Notes: generated by a model not told the origin, from the sequence alone. Shown: positions 18,407-29,066, counted from the first letter of the stretch. The stretch is 64,000 nt of DNA from Gammaproteobacteria bacterium (GCA_965222615.1 CBDCUI010000008.1:288001-352000); one strand, 5' to 3'. Numbers and translations: made by a program.

Positions 18407-19495
18407 ATGGCCGAGCTTAACAAAGAGCAGGTAGAAGCTGTACTCAAACAAATTCAAGATCCATATATTGGCAAAGATCTCGTTGCTGCTAATACCGTAA
18501 AAAAAATTGAAGCTGAAGGTGGCAAAGTCGATGTCACAGTAAAATTTGGTTATCCAGCTAAGGGCATAGCAGGTGAATTGACCAAACAAATTGAAACCAA
18601 GGTAATTGAAGCTGGTGCCGAAAGTGTTACTGTGGATATGGGTTGGAATATAGAGGCTCACACAGTCCAAAAAAGTCTTAAGCCACTAGAAAATATTAAA
18701 AATGTAATTGCTATCGCATCGGGTAAAGGTGGTGTGGGCAAGTCTACCACTGCGGTTAACTTTGCTCTGGCCTTGTCGATGGAAGGCGCTATGGTGGGTG
18801 TATTAGATGCCGATATCTATGGCCCAAGTCAGCCTCGTATGCTTGGGGTAAGTGGCCAGCCTAAATCCAATGATGGCAAAAGCTTGGAGCCTATGGAGGC
18901 CCATGGACTGCAAGCCATGTCAATCGGTTTTTTGATCGATGAAGAAACCCCTATGATTTGGCGGGGGCCAATGGTGACTCAGGCCTTAGAACAATTACTG
19001 AACGATACACGCTGGCGTGGACTCGATTATCTTGTCGTCGATTTGCCACCGGGAACAGGTGATGTGCAGTTGACACTGGCACAAAAAATACCTGTTAGTG
19101 GAGCGATCATCGTGACTACTCCACAAGATATTGCTTTGCTTGATGCACGCAAGGGTCTTAAGATGTTTGAGAAAGTAGAAGTACCAGTACTTGGTGTGGT
19201 TGAAAATATGAGCATTCACATCTGTAGTGAATGTGGTCATGAAGAACCGATTTTTGGCGAAGGTGGCGGACAACGTATGGCAGATGAGTCGGGTGTTGAA
19301 GTACTAGGGGCATTACCATTAGATATTAATATTCGTGAACAAGTCGATAGTGGCAATCCTACGGTTGCTTCGCAACCGCAAAGTCGTGTAGCGGAGATTT
19401 ACCGAGAAATTGCGCGCAAAGCCGCCGCCAAATTAGCAGCATCAGGTAAAGACTATAGTGCGAAGTTTCCTAAAATTGTTATTCAAAACACTTAG
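18407..19495 (+). CDS. apbC: Iron-sulfur cluster carrier ATPase ApbC/Mrp
   Basis: SGKGGVGKST, DADIYGPS, WRGPM, DLPPGTGD, CxxC. ATG at 18407 preferred over TTG 18347. Confidence 0.96.
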   Translation: MAELNKEQVEAVLKQIQDPYIGKDLVAANTVKKIEAEGGKVDVTVKFGYPAKGIAGELTKQIETKVIEAGAESVTVDMGWNIEAHTVQKSLKPLENIKNVIAIASGKGGVGKSTTAVNFALALSMEGAMVGVLDADIYGPSQPRMLGVSGQPKSNDGKSLEPMEAHGLQAMSIGFLIDEETPMIWRGPMVTQALEQLLNDTRWRGLDYLVVDLPPGTGDVQLTLAQKIPVSGAIIVTTPQDIALLDARKGLKMFEKVEVPVLGVVENMSIHICSECGHEEPIFGEGGGQRMADESGVEVLGALPLDINIREQVDSGNPTVASQPQSRVAEIYREIARKAAAKLAASGKDYSAKFPKIVIQNT

Positions 19496-19636
19496 AAATG
19501 CACTTTTTCAAAATAGTGTTGTCAACTCAGTGATTAAGACACAAAGTGTAACATGTGTGTAGCTTTTTAACGCTATTGAAAAAAGCTACTATGTATAGTG
19601 CTATTTTTTTGATCATTGTATTAAGGATAGTTTCCG

Positions 19637-20107
19637 ATGTTAAAAAATTTATTGTTGCTTGTTAGCTTTATATTATTTTTTATAAGTGGTTGTGCATCAC
19701 TAGATCAGCGTTTACACCCAATTCAGCCCAATGTAATGGTAGACGATATAGAAATTGAAGATGCGTCGTTGTCGGGCATTACGGCGTTGCTTACTTTAAA
19801 TATAGAAAATCCAAACAAGTTTGCATTGAATGCTAAGGGTCTTGACTATGTCATGAGTGTGTCAGGAGTAGATATAATTAGTGGTGAAAATGCACAAAGT
19901 ATGTCGGTACCGGCACTAGGACAAGGAAAAATCGAAGTGCCCGTCAGATTGAGTTATGCCTCGTTATTTGAGGCTATTCCAAAAATCGTGGAAACGGGTA
20001 TAGCTTCTTATAATTTTTCTGGCAGTATTCACACTCGGTTATTTAATATCCCGTTTGATAAAACGGATGAATTTAAATTACCGTATGTTGGTAGTTCTTC
20101 TAATTAA
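19637..20107 (+). CDS. LEA type 2 (WHy domain) lipoprotein
   Basis: Lipobox ISG-C; L.I.NPN motif; VPA.G...I.VPV. Confidence 0.8.
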   Translation: MLKNLLLLVSFILFFISGCASLDQRLHPIQPNVMVDDIEIEDASLSGITALLTLNIENPNKFALNAKGLDYVMSVSGVDIISGENAQSMSVPALGQGKIEVPVRLSYASLFEAIPKIVETGIASYNFSGSIHTRLFNIPFDKTDEFKLPYVGSSSN

Positions 20108-20138
20108 TTCTTAGGGTAAAATTTTTTGAGATTATTTT

Positions 20139-20705
20139 ATGGCGATTAAATCTGATCGCTGGATTCGTAAAATGGCGAAAGAGCATGGCATGATTGAGCC
20201 GTTTGAGTCGGGTCAAGTACGTGAGAATGGTCATGGTCGAATGATTTCGTACGGCACATCCAGTTATGGTTACGATGTGCGTTGTGCCGACCAATTTAAA
20301 ATCTTCACCAATATTAATTCTGCAATCGTTGACCCAAAGGGATTTGATGAAAATAGTTTTGTTGATTTGCAGGGTAATGAATGTGTAATCCCACCTAATT
20401 CTTTTGTTCTAGCTAGCACAGTAGAATACTTTCGCATTCCACGTTCGGTTCTGACAGTTTGTTTAGGTAAATCTACTTATGCGCGCTGTGGGATAATCGT
20501 AAACGTCACACCACTTGAGCCAGAGTGGGAAGGGCATGTGACACTAGAATTTTCCAATACTACACCCTTACCAGCAAAAATTTATGCGAATGAAGGGGTT
20601 GCGCAAATGTTATTTTTTGAATCGGATGAAATATGTGAAACCTCTTATAAAGATCGAGGTGGAAAGTATCAAGGCCAAAAAGGCGTAACGTTGCCAAAAG
20701 CATGA
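20139..20705 (+). CDS. dcd: dCTP deaminase
   Basis: [33 protein letters not shown]. Confidence 0.97.
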   Translation: MAIKSDRWIRKMAKEHGMIEPFESGQVRENGHGRMISYGTSSYGYDVRCADQFKIFTNINSAIVDPKGFDENSFVDLQGNECVIPPNSFVLASTVEYFRIPRSVLTVCLGKSTYARCGIIVNVTPLEPEWEGHVTLEFSNTTPLPAKIYANEGVAQMLFFESDEICETSYKDRGGKYQGQKGVTLPKA

Positions 20706-20746
20706 AACGTAATAGCTGAAGAGAGTTAGATCTTTTTAGAGAATGG

Positions 20747-22105
20747 CTACAATAGCAACCAGGTTGCTAGTCCTAGAAAAGCAAAGATTCCAATTACATC
20801 AGTAATGGTTGTGAGCACAACGCCACCGGCTATGGCGGGGTCGATATCAAGTTTGCGCAGAATGATTGGAATGGTGACGCCGGCAAAGGCTGCGCAGATT
20901 AAATTCGCCATCATGGCTGCAGCGATAATGCCACCCATCTTAAGATCTTTAAACCAAACGATAACCACCAGTGCAACAATTAGTGCCCATGCCATACCAT
21001 TCAATATTCCGACTGCAAGTTCTTTCGTTAGTAATAGTTTTGAGTTACTTCTACCAACTTGGCCAAGGGCAAGACCGCGGATAACAAGTGTTAGGGTTTG
21101 GCTGCCGGCGATGCCTCCCATGCTGGCAACAACAGGGATGAGAATGGCCAACACGATGATTTTTTCCAAGGTCACTTGAAATAGGCTAATCACCCATGCT
21201 GCGAGAAAAGCAGTGACTAAATTGACACCCAACCATATCGCACGACGCCGTGTCGATGCCACGACAGGACCAAATAAATCTTCTTCTTCGGATAGGCCAG
21301 CCATGCTAAATACGGAGTGTTCGGCTTCCTCACGGATTACGTCAACCACATCGTCAATGGTAATACGTCCAATTAACTTATTATTCTCATCAACGACTGC
21401 GGCAGAAACGAGATCTAGATCTTCAAATGATTTTGCAACCATTAAGGCATCGGTATTGGCTTCAAATGCGTCTATATTATCTTCCAATACATCGCGCACC
21501 AGTTCAGTTGGTTTATGGGTAAGTACTTTAGACAGTGCTAAAGTGCCAATGTAATGATCATAACGGTCTACCACAAATAGCGAATCGGTAGCAGGCGGTA
21601 ATTCGCCACGAGCACGCAGGTATCGCAATACCACGTCGAGGGTGACATCACGTCTTACTGTTACAGTATCTGTATTCATTAACCCGCCAGCAGTATCTTC
21701 ATCGTAAGACAACACCGCTTCCAGGCGTTGACGGTCTTGATGATCCATGCCTGCAAGCGCTTGTTGAGTTACCGTGTCAGGTAGATCTGCAAGGAGATCA
21801 GCTAAGTCATCGATTTCTAAACCTTCAGTGGCAGATACCAACGCATCGCTGTCCATGAGTTTGATCAAACCGTTGCGAACTTCATCTCCTACATTTAAAA
21901 GGATTTCACCATCATCATCATGATCGAGCATATTCCATACAATGCTGCGCTGAGAGTGAGGCAGCGCTTCTAATAGGTTAGCGATCTCGGCAGGATGTAG
22001 TGCATTTAAAATACGGCGCGCACGTTGCATAGTGCCTGTTTGTAAGGCATCTCCAATGACCTTTAAAGTATGGTCTTGAGTTTGTGCTGCTGCAGTTTCG
22101 GACAT
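20747..22105 (-). CDS. mgtE: Magnesium transporter MgtE
   Basis: N-domain, CBS pair (TAGGLM, GRITIDD), MGGIAGSQ, DPAIAGG..LTTITD. Confidence 0.96.
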   Translation of the reverse strand: MSETAAAQTQDHTLKVIGDALQTGTMQRARRILNALHPAEIANLLEALPHSQRSIVWNMLDHDDDGEILLNVGDEVRNGLIKLMDSDALVSATEGLEIDDLADLLADLPDTVTQQALAGMDHQDRQRLEAVLSYDEDTAGGLMNTDTVTVRRDVTLDVVLRYLRARGELPPATDSLFVVDRYDHYIGTLALSKVLTHKPTELVRDVLEDNIDAFEANTDALMVAKSFEDLDLVSAAVVDENNKLIGRITIDDVVDVIREEAEHSVFSMAGLSEEEDLFGPVVASTRRRAIWLGVNLVTAFLAAWVISLFQVTLEKIIVLAILIPVVASMGGIAGSQTLTLVIRGLALGQVGRSNSKLLLTKELAVGILNGMAWALIVALVVIVWFKDLKMGGIIAAAMMANLICAAFAGVTIPIILRKLDIDPAIAGGVVLTTITDVIGIFAFLGLATWLLL

Positions 22106-22199
22106 TTTTTATTATTAGCGTTGAGAAATTGAATATGCGCGGCAAGTGTAACTGCTTGTTACCAACTTGCCAAAGAAAGTGTTTGGTGGCTAGTGCAAT

Positions 22200-23930
22200 T
22201 TATTCGTTGAGCGCATCCACCATAGGCCCAATTTTACTAGGCACCATGGTGCTCAAAATTTTCTTAGCAGGCTTTTCTAATTCCGATATTTTACTTTTAT
22301 TGATAATTTGTTTGATTTCTAGCAAGTTTGATGGGTGAGCACTGAATTCTTGTAAACCCATACCGAGAAGAAGGCGCGTGTATCGTGAATCTCCAGCCAT
22401 TTCGCCACACATGGCTACAGGTATTTTGGCGCGTCGACCGGCTTGTAAAGTTAAATTGATTAGCTTTAGTACTGACGGATGTAAAGGATCATAGAGGTAG
22501 TTCACTTGATCATCAATGCGGTCTATAGCGAGTGTATATTGAATTAAGTCATTGGTACCGATAGATAGAAAATCTAATTGTTTTGCTAATATATTGGCAG
22601 AAAGTGCAGCAGCTGGAACTTCTATCATCGCACCAACAGGTATTTCAGGATCAAAATTTTTATCTTCGTTTTTTAATTCACGTTTTGCTTGATCCAAAAT
22701 CGCTAATGATTGTTCAAGTTCAGTATGACTGGTGATCATAGGTAACAAAATTCTAACTGGGCCTGTTGAAGAGGCGCGTAATATTGCTCGTAACTGTTGT
22801 TTAAATAACTCGGTATCTTTCAGCGATCTTCTAATTGCACGTAAACCTAATGCGGGGTTCTGAGTTAAAGGACCTTGAAAATCTGGGTCAAATTCTTTTT
22901 CAGCGCCTAAATCCAGCGTCCGAATCGTTAAGGGTTTCCCTTTCAAGGCACGAATAACTTTACGATAGGCATTTAACTGCTCGGTTTCATCTGCTGGTTC
23001 TTCACGATCGATGTACAAAAATTCAGTACGATACAAACCAACCCCATCTGCACCAGATTGTTTTAAAGCATTGATATCTTCTGCAAGCTCAATATTCGCT
23101 TGTAGGCTAATTCTTTGGCCGTCACGGGATTTGGCTGAGATATTGCGCAGGGATTCAAGCTTGCGTCGCGCTTCTTTTTGATCACGTTGTTTTTGTCGAT
23201 ATTGCTTAATCGTATTTTCATCGATCCCGGCTAATACCATGCCGTCAGCACCATCGATCACCACATGTTCTTCTTGCATGAGTAATAATCGAGCATTTTG
23301 TATGCCGACTACAGCTGGTATACCAAGGCTGCGTGCTAATATCGCAGTATGCGATAGTGGTCCACCTAACTCAGTGATAAAGCCCGCGATATTTTGGTTT
23401 TGCATGACAACCGTATCTGCAGGCGTGAGGTCGTCAGCGACAATGATGCTGCCCTTCAAAGGCTGCGCTTTCATTTCTACTGTATATTGTTGATCCTTGA
23501 GAATTTGTTGGATTAAGTTAATAACATGCTCTACATCATTAATACGTGTACGCAGATAATCGTCTTCCATCTGTTCAAAAACAGATACTAATTTATCGCG
23601 TTGTTGTTTAAGTGCCCATTCTGCATTGCACTGTTGTTCTTGAATAATTTCAATCGGCACTTTACGCATCATCGAGTCTTTAATCATAAGGATGTGAGAA
23701 TCGATGAAAGAGGCAACGTCTTTTGGTGCGTCTTCTGGAATTGTGTCTTGAATGCTGGCTAATTGATTGGATGCTTCGTCTAATGCAGTTAAGTAACGTT
23801 CAATCTCTGCGTCAATTTCAGTTTCATCCAGTTTGCGTTCAAATACTTCAGGCGCACCGCGGCTTAATAGGTGCACATTGCCGATGGCAATGCCTCTCGA
23901 TACGCCTATTCCTGAAACAATTAGCGCCAT
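22200..23930 (-). CDS. ptsI: PTS enzyme I (phosphoenolpyruvate-protein phosphotransferase), no GAF domain
   Basis: GGPLSHTAILAR, GVGLYRTEF, SIGTNDLIQY, MCGEMAGD. Confidence 0.95.
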   Translation of the reverse strand: MALIVSGIGVSRGIAIGNVHLLSRGAPEVFERKLDETEIDAEIERYLTALDEASNQLASIQDTIPEDAPKDVASFIDSHILMIKDSMMRKVPIEIIQEQQCNAEWALKQQRDKLVSVFEQMEDDYLRTRINDVEHVINLIQQILKDQQYTVEMKAQPLKGSIIVADDLTPADTVVMQNQNIAGFITELGGPLSHTAILARSLGIPAVVGIQNARLLLMQEEHVVIDGADGMVLAGIDENTIKQYRQKQRDQKEARRKLESLRNISAKSRDGQRISLQANIELAEDINALKQSGADGVGLYRTEFLYIDREEPADETEQLNAYRKVIRALKGKPLTIRTLDLGAEKEFDPDFQGPLTQNPALGLRAIRRSLKDTELFKQQLRAILRASSTGPVRILLPMITSHTELEQSLAILDQAKRELKNEDKNFDPEIPVGAMIEVPAAALSANILAKQLDFLSIGTNDLIQYTLAIDRIDDQVNYLYDPLHPSVLKLINLTLQAGRRAKIPVAMCGEMAGDSRYTRLLLGMGLQEFSAHPSNLLEIKQIINKSKISELEKPAKKILSTMVPSKIGPMVDALNE

Positions 23931-23937
23931 ATTTAGT

Positions 23938-24131
23938 TAAGGAAACTCTGATTGATCATGATACTTCGTTAAAAAATATCTCAAAATGCTCGTGTATTAG
24001 CATATACACTCCGCTTTGACTCGCACCTTCCTGGTGCTCGGCCTGCGGCTAGCAGAGCTTCCCAAATCTGCTCCCGGCAGATTTGTCTTGATATTTTTTG
24101 CCTCGTCTCATAAGAAATCAGAGCTTTTTTA
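23938..24131. mobile_element. Palindromic MITE-like element with nested 70-bp cassette (24017-24086)
   Basis: Ends taaggaaactctgatt / aatcagagctttttta; core aaatgctcgtgta..tacactccgcttt; homologous to 40491-40711. Confidence 0.8.
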
Positions 24132-24146
24132 GCCTTTTCTGGAAAT

Positions 24147-24416
24147 TTATTCATCTTCATCAAAATAATTATTAAATAGTTTTTCTATACTTGTCAGAGC
24201 TTCTTGTTCATCATCTCCGTTTGCCATGACGGTTACAATAGAGCCCTTACTTGCGGCTAGCATCATTACCCCCATGATACTTTTGCCATTTATTTTTTTA
24301 TTTTCTTTTTCTAAGAATATTTCGCTTTGAAAATTTGAAGCAAGTGCTACTAACTTTGCAGCAGCACGCGCATGCAGTCCAAGCTTATTGATAATTTTTA
24401 GATCTTTATTTACCAT
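24147..24416 (-). CDS. ptsH: HPr/NPr family phosphocarrier protein
   Basis: NKLGLHARAAAK and NGKSIMGVMML motifs. Confidence 0.95.
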   Translation of the reverse strand: MVNKDLKIINKLGLHARAAAKLVALASNFQSEIFLEKENKKINGKSIMGVMMLAASKGSIVTVMANGDDEQEALTSIEKLFNNYFDEDE

Positions 24417-24437
24417 TAAAATAAGTTCCTTGATCGC

Positions 24438-24818
24438 TTAGTCTATAATTCCGTCATGTCCACCGCTTATCGCTTTTTCAACGAGTTCATCCAAGCCCAG
24501 ATTCGGATAATTCAAGACTCGAATCAACATCGGTAAATTCATGCCTGCGATTACATGAGTGTTTTCAATACTATTAAGTTTGTGGCAGATATTGCTGGGT
24601 GTTGAGCCAAAAATATCCGTTAATATCAAAATGCCATCGCCGTCATCTAATTCTGTACAAAGTTTTTTTGCTTTACTCAGTATATCGTCGGGATTGCATG
24701 TATTCGATACCGATAGTGATTTGCACCTTAGAGGCAGCTTGCTTAACATGGTTTCAGCAGTAGCGATTAATTCATGGCCAACTCGTCCATGTGTAATAGT
24801 GAGTAATGAGACAGCCAT
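24438..24818 (-). CDS. PTS mannose/fructose-family IIA component
   Basis: ITHG, ILTDIFGSTPSN, GMNLPMLI. Confidence 0.9.
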   Translation of the reverse strand: MAVSLLTITHGRVGHELIATAETMLSKLPLRCKSLSVSNTCNPDDILSKAKKLCTELDDGDGILILTDIFGSTPSNICHKLNSIENTHVIAGMNLPMLIRVLNYPNLGLDELVEKAISGGHDGIID

Positions 24819-24819
24819 A

Positions 24820-25683
24820 TTAGTGCTCTAAATCCCTGTGGCGGACCGAGACGTCTTTATCTTCAAAATTTTTGAAACGATCTGCTAAGTATTCTGCGAT
24901 ATGCACAGAGCGGTGTTGTCCACCTGTACAGCCGATGGAAACACTCAAGTAACTTCGATTTTCACGAATAAAATGTGGTAACCAGTATTCAATAAAACTA
25001 CCTATCGACTCGATCATTTGTTTCACTTCGTCATGTGATTGCAAATATTCGATCACTTCCAAATCATGGCCTGAGAGTTTACGTAAATGTTGCTCCCAAT
25101 AGGGGTTAGGCAAGCAGCGCACATCAAATACATAATCCGAATCATTTGGTACACCGTATTTAAAGCCAAAAGACTGCAAAAGCACAGTTAACTTGGTTGA
25201 TTTTTTACCGCAGACTTGTTCTGTAATGATGGATCGTAATTGGCGTACATTAGTTGAAGTTGTATCGATACGTAAATCTGCTAGTAGAGTCACTTCACCC
25301 AAAATTTGTTTTTCCATTTTTATTGCGTCAACCAATGGCAGGCCGTCTTTTGTAAGGGGGTGTTTACGCCTGGTTTCGCTATATCTTTGTATTAATGTTT
25401 CTTCTTCTGCTTCCAAGTAAATAAGTTCAATGTCAATACCTCTTTCTTTAAGTTCATTAATTATTTTTGGAAGCGAGAGAATATCTTGGCTGACGTTACG
25501 TGCATCTACTCCAATTGCTATTTTTTCGTAGAAACTTGGAGAAGCCGTAGTTAAATGCTCAATGCAAGTAAGTAACATGCTCAGTGGCATGTTATCGATG
25601 CAGTAAAAGTCATCATCCTCAAGTGTATTAATGGCAACAGATTTTCCTGAACCGGACAAACCGCTAACTAATACTAATCTCAT
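24820..25683 (-). CDS. rapZ: RNase adapter RapZ
   Basis: SGLSGSGKS, ETRRKHPL, SFGFKYG, DVRCLPNP, GCTGGQHRSV. Confidence 0.96.
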   Translation of the reverse strand: MRLVLVSGLSGSGKSVAINTLEDDDFYCIDNMPLSMLLTCIEHLTTASPSFYEKIAIGVDARNVSQDILSLPKIINELKERGIDIELIYLEAEEETLIQRYSETRRKHPLTKDGLPLVDAIKMEKQILGEVTLLADLRIDTTSTNVRQLRSIITEQVCGKKSTKLTVLLQSFGFKYGVPNDSDYVFDVRCLPNPYWEQHLRKLSGHDLEVIEYLQSHDEVKQMIESIGSFIEYWLPHFIRENRSYLSVSIGCTGGQHRSVHIAEYLADRFKNFEDKDVSVRHRDLEH

Positions 25684-25689
25684 TATTAT

Positions 25690-26649
25690 TTACTGCATTG
25701 CATCTTTTTGACGTTGTACAAAATCTTCTCCGGCATTGTACCCATGTTTGATAAGCAAGTGATCACGTACCGCAGCTTCTACTAATACTGCAAGATTTCG
25801 CCCAGGTGCGACAGGTAAAGAAATGGCAGGTATATTTACTCCAAGAATATTGGTTGTTTTCTCAGACAATCTTATACGGTCTTCGCTTTTAGATGAGCTT
25901 TTCTTGGGTGGGAAAAGTTCAATGATTAATTTTAGATATTTATTCATTTTTATAGCACTGTCACCGTACATTTCACGTATGTTTAATACACCAAGTCCGC
26001 GCACTTCAAGAAAGTTTTGTAATAATTCAGGACATGTTCCGTTGATGGTATCCGGTGCAATTCTTGCAAATTCGGGTGCATCATCAGCGATCAGCCGATG
26101 GCCACGGCTAACCAGATCTAGTGCTAGTTCGCTTTTGCCTAAGCCACTTTGACCTGTGATTAAAACACCAACACTGATAACTTCCATAAACACGCCGTGT
26201 AGTGTTTCTTTTTCTGCTAAGGTCTGTGTCAAGTAATAGCGCAACTGATCAATCAGCTCATTGCTTGATAGACGTGAACAGATTATGGGTAAGTCATATT
26301 CGTCAGAATATTTTTTAAAATTTGCTGGTGGTTTTAGATTATCGGAAATGAAAATGGCTGCTGATTTTCTTTGAAATAATTTTGCAAGTGCATTTTTTAA
26401 TATACCTTCATCTGCTTGTTTAAAAAAATTGAGTTCTGTTTTTCCTAAAATTTGTGCCTGATTGGCATGGATTAAATTGAAGTACCCAACTAATCCCAAT
26501 TCTGATGATTTAAATGATAGGCGTACAAACCCTTTTTTGCTTCCCTTGTTTCCAGCCCACCATGATAATTTCAAATTATCTTGAATTTGTGAGAACAGGG
26601 CACTTGTAGAAAGAGCTACAGCATTGTTTTTAGAGTTAGACGCTGCCAT
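25690..26649 (-). CDS. hprK: HPr(Ser) kinase/phosphorylase
   Basis: LHGVFM, G.SGLGKSELAL, GHRLIADD, LEVRGLG, PVAPGRNLA. Confidence 0.96.
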   Translation of the reverse strand: MAASNSKNNAVALSTSALFSQIQDNLKLSWWAGNKGSKKGFVRLSFKSSELGLVGYFNLIHANQAQILGKTELNFFKQADEGILKNALAKLFQRKSAAIFISDNLKPPANFKKYSDEYDLPIICSRLSSNELIDQLRYYLTQTLAEKETLHGVFMEVISVGVLITGQSGLGKSELALDLVSRGHRLIADDAPEFARIAPDTINGTCPELLQNFLEVRGLGVLNIREMYGDSAIKMNKYLKLIIELFPPKKSSSKSEDRIRLSEKTTNILGVNIPAISLPVAPGRNLAVLVEAAVRDHLLIKHGYNAGEDFVQRQKDAMQ

Positions 26650-26737
26650 AGGTTGTATTTTATATTGCTCTTAAAAAGATCAAGAGCATAGGATATAAGC
26701 TTCAACAAAAATTACTACCGCGGCTAAATATCTAAAA

Positions 26738-27205
26738 TTATGCGGCGAGGTGTTTAGGATGTTGGCAAAGTAGTTGGTAAATGCATGCTGCATCTTTGCA
26801 TTTTTCAATTGATTGGCGAACATTTTCATTATCTAACAACTCTGCTAGGTTGGCTAATAATTCAAGGTGATCATCATTAGCATCTTCTGGAACTACCATG
26901 CAAAATAGGAATGTGACTGGAATATCATCTACTGCTTCAAAGTCGATGCCCTCCTTAAGCTTTAGCATGGATACATAAATTTTGTCTAGGTCTTCAATCC
27001 TGCAATGAGGGATTGCAATGCCTTTACCTAAAGCAGTACTGCCAAGTTTCTCACGTGCTAATAGAGCGTCGAGAATTTTACCTTTATTTAAACTTGTGTG
27101 CTGCTGTGCTAAAGATTCGCTTAACAGCTCAAGCGCTCTTTTTTTGCTGCTTACGGAAGTAGTAAAAACGATCCATTCTTCAGAGATGGTGTCTTTTAAA
27201 TACAT
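26738..27205 (-). CDS. ptsN: PTS IIA-Ntr
   Basis: SKKRALE, REKLGSTALGKGIAIPHCR; position in the rpoN operon. Confidence 0.93.
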   Translation of the reverse strand: MYLKDTISEEWIVFTTSVSSKKRALELLSESLAQQHTSLNKGKILDALLAREKLGSTALGKGIAIPHCRIEDLDKIYVSMLKLKEGIDFEAVDDIPVTFLFCMVVPEDANDDHLELLANLAELLDNENVRQSIEKCKDAACIYQLLCQHPKHLAA

Positions 27206-27223
27206 TACTTTTCGCCGATTTGT

Positions 27224-27544
27224 TTAATTTAACGCGTGGTGCTGTACGTCGCCCTGGTGGTGGTCTTTTAGTTTTTCTTTATGTTTAACTATTTGTCTAT
27301 CTAATTTATCTACTAATGAATCAACTGCTGCATACATGCTTTCGTTACTTGCGTCTGCAAAAATTTTATTACCACTTACTTGCAATGACGCTTCTGCACG
27401 GTGAATGAGTTTTTCTACATTTAATATTACATGAATATTTATTACATGATCAAAATGTCTGGTCAAGCGCTCAAATTTTTTTTCAACATAGTCTTTTAGT
27501 GAGGATGTTACTTTAACGTGATGGCCAGTTATATTTATTTGCAT
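27224..27544 (-). CDS. hpf: Ribosome hibernation promoting factor (short HPF)
   Basis: MQINITGHH...MYAAVDSLVDKLDRQIVKHKEK. Confidence 0.96.
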   Translation of the reverse strand: MQINITGHHVKVTSSLKDYVEKKFERLTRHFDHVINIHVILNVEKLIHRAEASLQVSGNKIFADASNESMYAAVDSLVDKLDRQIVKHKEKLKDHHQGDVQHHALN

Positions 27545-27604
27545 ACTTATTCCTTGTTGGCGCAGAATACTAGTAAATCACAGTCACAAATATATTAAAA
27601 CTAT

Positions 27605-29056
27605 TTAAGCATACTGTCTTCTTTCATTAGAAGGTGGTATTGCCATAGATTCACGGTATTTTGCAATGGTACGACGAGCAACACTGATGCCTTTTTGTTC
27701 AAGAATGGTGGCTATCTTATTGTCGCTCAATGGTTTTGTTTGATTTTCTTCGTTAATTAGCTTTTTAATCATTGCCCTTATTGCGGTAGCAGAACATATT
27801 CCCCCATCTTTTGTGTTGACATGACTAGAGAAAAAATATTTGAATTCAAAGATACCTCTAGGAGTATCCATGTATTTATTTGTGGTAACTCGTGAAATCG
27901 TAGATTCATGCATTTCTAGTTCTTCAGCGATATCCCTCAGCACTAAAGGACGCATCGCTTCTTCACCATATTCAAAAAAGCCCCTTTGATGTCTTACGAT
28001 TGAGGTGGCTACACGCATAAGCGTTTCGTTGCGGCTTTGTAGGCTTTTGATAAACCAGCGAGCTTCCTGTAGCTGATTGCGTAGGTAATCTGTTTCGTTA
28101 TTATTATTTGAGTTTTTTATTAGAGCTGAATAAACATCGTTAATGCGTAATTTTGGCGCACTATCCATGTTTAATTTTACCCGCCAAATACCTTCATGTT
28201 TGTCTACATAAACATCTGGAGCAATATATTCTGGTTTTTGTGCATTGATTAAATCACCAGGATGTGGGTGTAAGCTTTGAATGAGTGAAATCGAATTTTC
28301 AATTATATCTGTAGAAAATTTAGTCAGTTTGGTTAATTGTTTGTAATCTTTAGAAGCAACCAAATCTAAATGATTTGCAACCAGTAAGCGAGCTTCTGAC
28401 AGAAAAGGCGTGTCTTTAGGCATTTGCTGTAATTGAATATCTAAGCATTCTTGAAGACTACGTGCACCCGATCCAATCGGGTCCAATCGTTGTACAAATT
28501 TTAAAACAGCTTCAACTTCGTCTAACTCAATGTCAGAGTTTTTACTCAGATTTTCATGGATGCTCTCAATAGAGTCTTGTAAATAGCCAGAGTCATCTAA
28601 GGCATCGATTAAGCTATTAGCGATTATTTGGTCTTGATTTGAAAGTGAACTTAGCTCGATTTGCCACAAAAGATGTTCTTGCAAAGAGTCATATTCATCG
28701 TTGCTCTGATTTTCTAAGTAATCGGAGTAATCCTCTGTTGGCTGGCTGATGGGAATCTGGCCGGGTTCATAGACATCATCCCACTGACTGTCGACAGGTA
28801 ATTCATCAGGCAATGTACCGTCCGCAGTTATCTCTTGAATTTCATTGGTATCGTCATTGGATTCTGGTTTTTCAATAATCTGACTTTCTTCTGCTTGTTC
28901 ATCATCGGTTTCCAGCATAGGGTTACATTCAAAAGCTTCTTGAATCTCGGCTTTGAGTTCTAAGGATGATAATTGCAATAAGCGAATGGCTTGTTGCAGT
29001 TGTGGTGTCATGGTCAGCTGTTGACCGAGACGAACTTGAAGAGTTGGCTTCAACAT
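27605..29056 (-). CDS. rpoN: RNA polymerase sigma-54 factor
   Basis: MLKPTLQVRLGQQLTMTPQLQQAIRLLQL start at ATG 29056; MHESTISRVT; RpoN box ARRTIAKYRE. Confidence 0.97.
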   Translation of the reverse strand: MLKPTLQVRLGQQLTMTPQLQQAIRLLQLSSLELKAEIQEAFECNPMLETDDEQAEESQIIEKPESNDDTNEIQEITADGTLPDELPVDSQWDDVYEPGQIPISQPTEDYSDYLENQSNDEYDSLQEHLLWQIELSSLSNQDQIIANSLIDALDDSGYLQDSIESIHENLSKNSDIELDEVEAVLKFVQRLDPIGSGARSLQECLDIQLQQMPKDTPFLSEARLLVANHLDLVASKDYKQLTKLTKFSTDIIENSISLIQSLHPHPGDLINAQKPEYIAPDVYVDKHEGIWRVKLNMDSAPKLRINDVYSALIKNSNNNNETDYLRNQLQEARWFIKSLQSRNETLMRVATSIVRHQRGFFEYGEEAMRPLVLRDIAEELEMHESTISRVTTNKYMDTPRGIFEFKYFFSSHVNTKDGGICSATAIRAMIKKLINEENQTKPLSDNKIATILEQKGISVARRTIAKYRESMAIPPSNERRQYA

Positions 29057-29066
29057 GCCTAAAGTA

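Noticed and set aside
19559-19589. Inverted repeat gtagcttttt...aaaaagctac between apbC and the LEA2 gene
   Set aside because: Could be a weak terminator or operator, but it lacks a T-tail and is not repeated elsewhere; cannot be assigned.
24017-24086. Nested cassette as a tRNA gene
   Set aside because: Multi-hairpin, but lacks a 7-bp acceptor stem, a TTC T-loop and a 7-nt anticodon loop on either strand.
23981-24163. 60-aa ORF between ptsH and ptsI
   Set aside because: Lies within the MITE-like element; no protein-like features.
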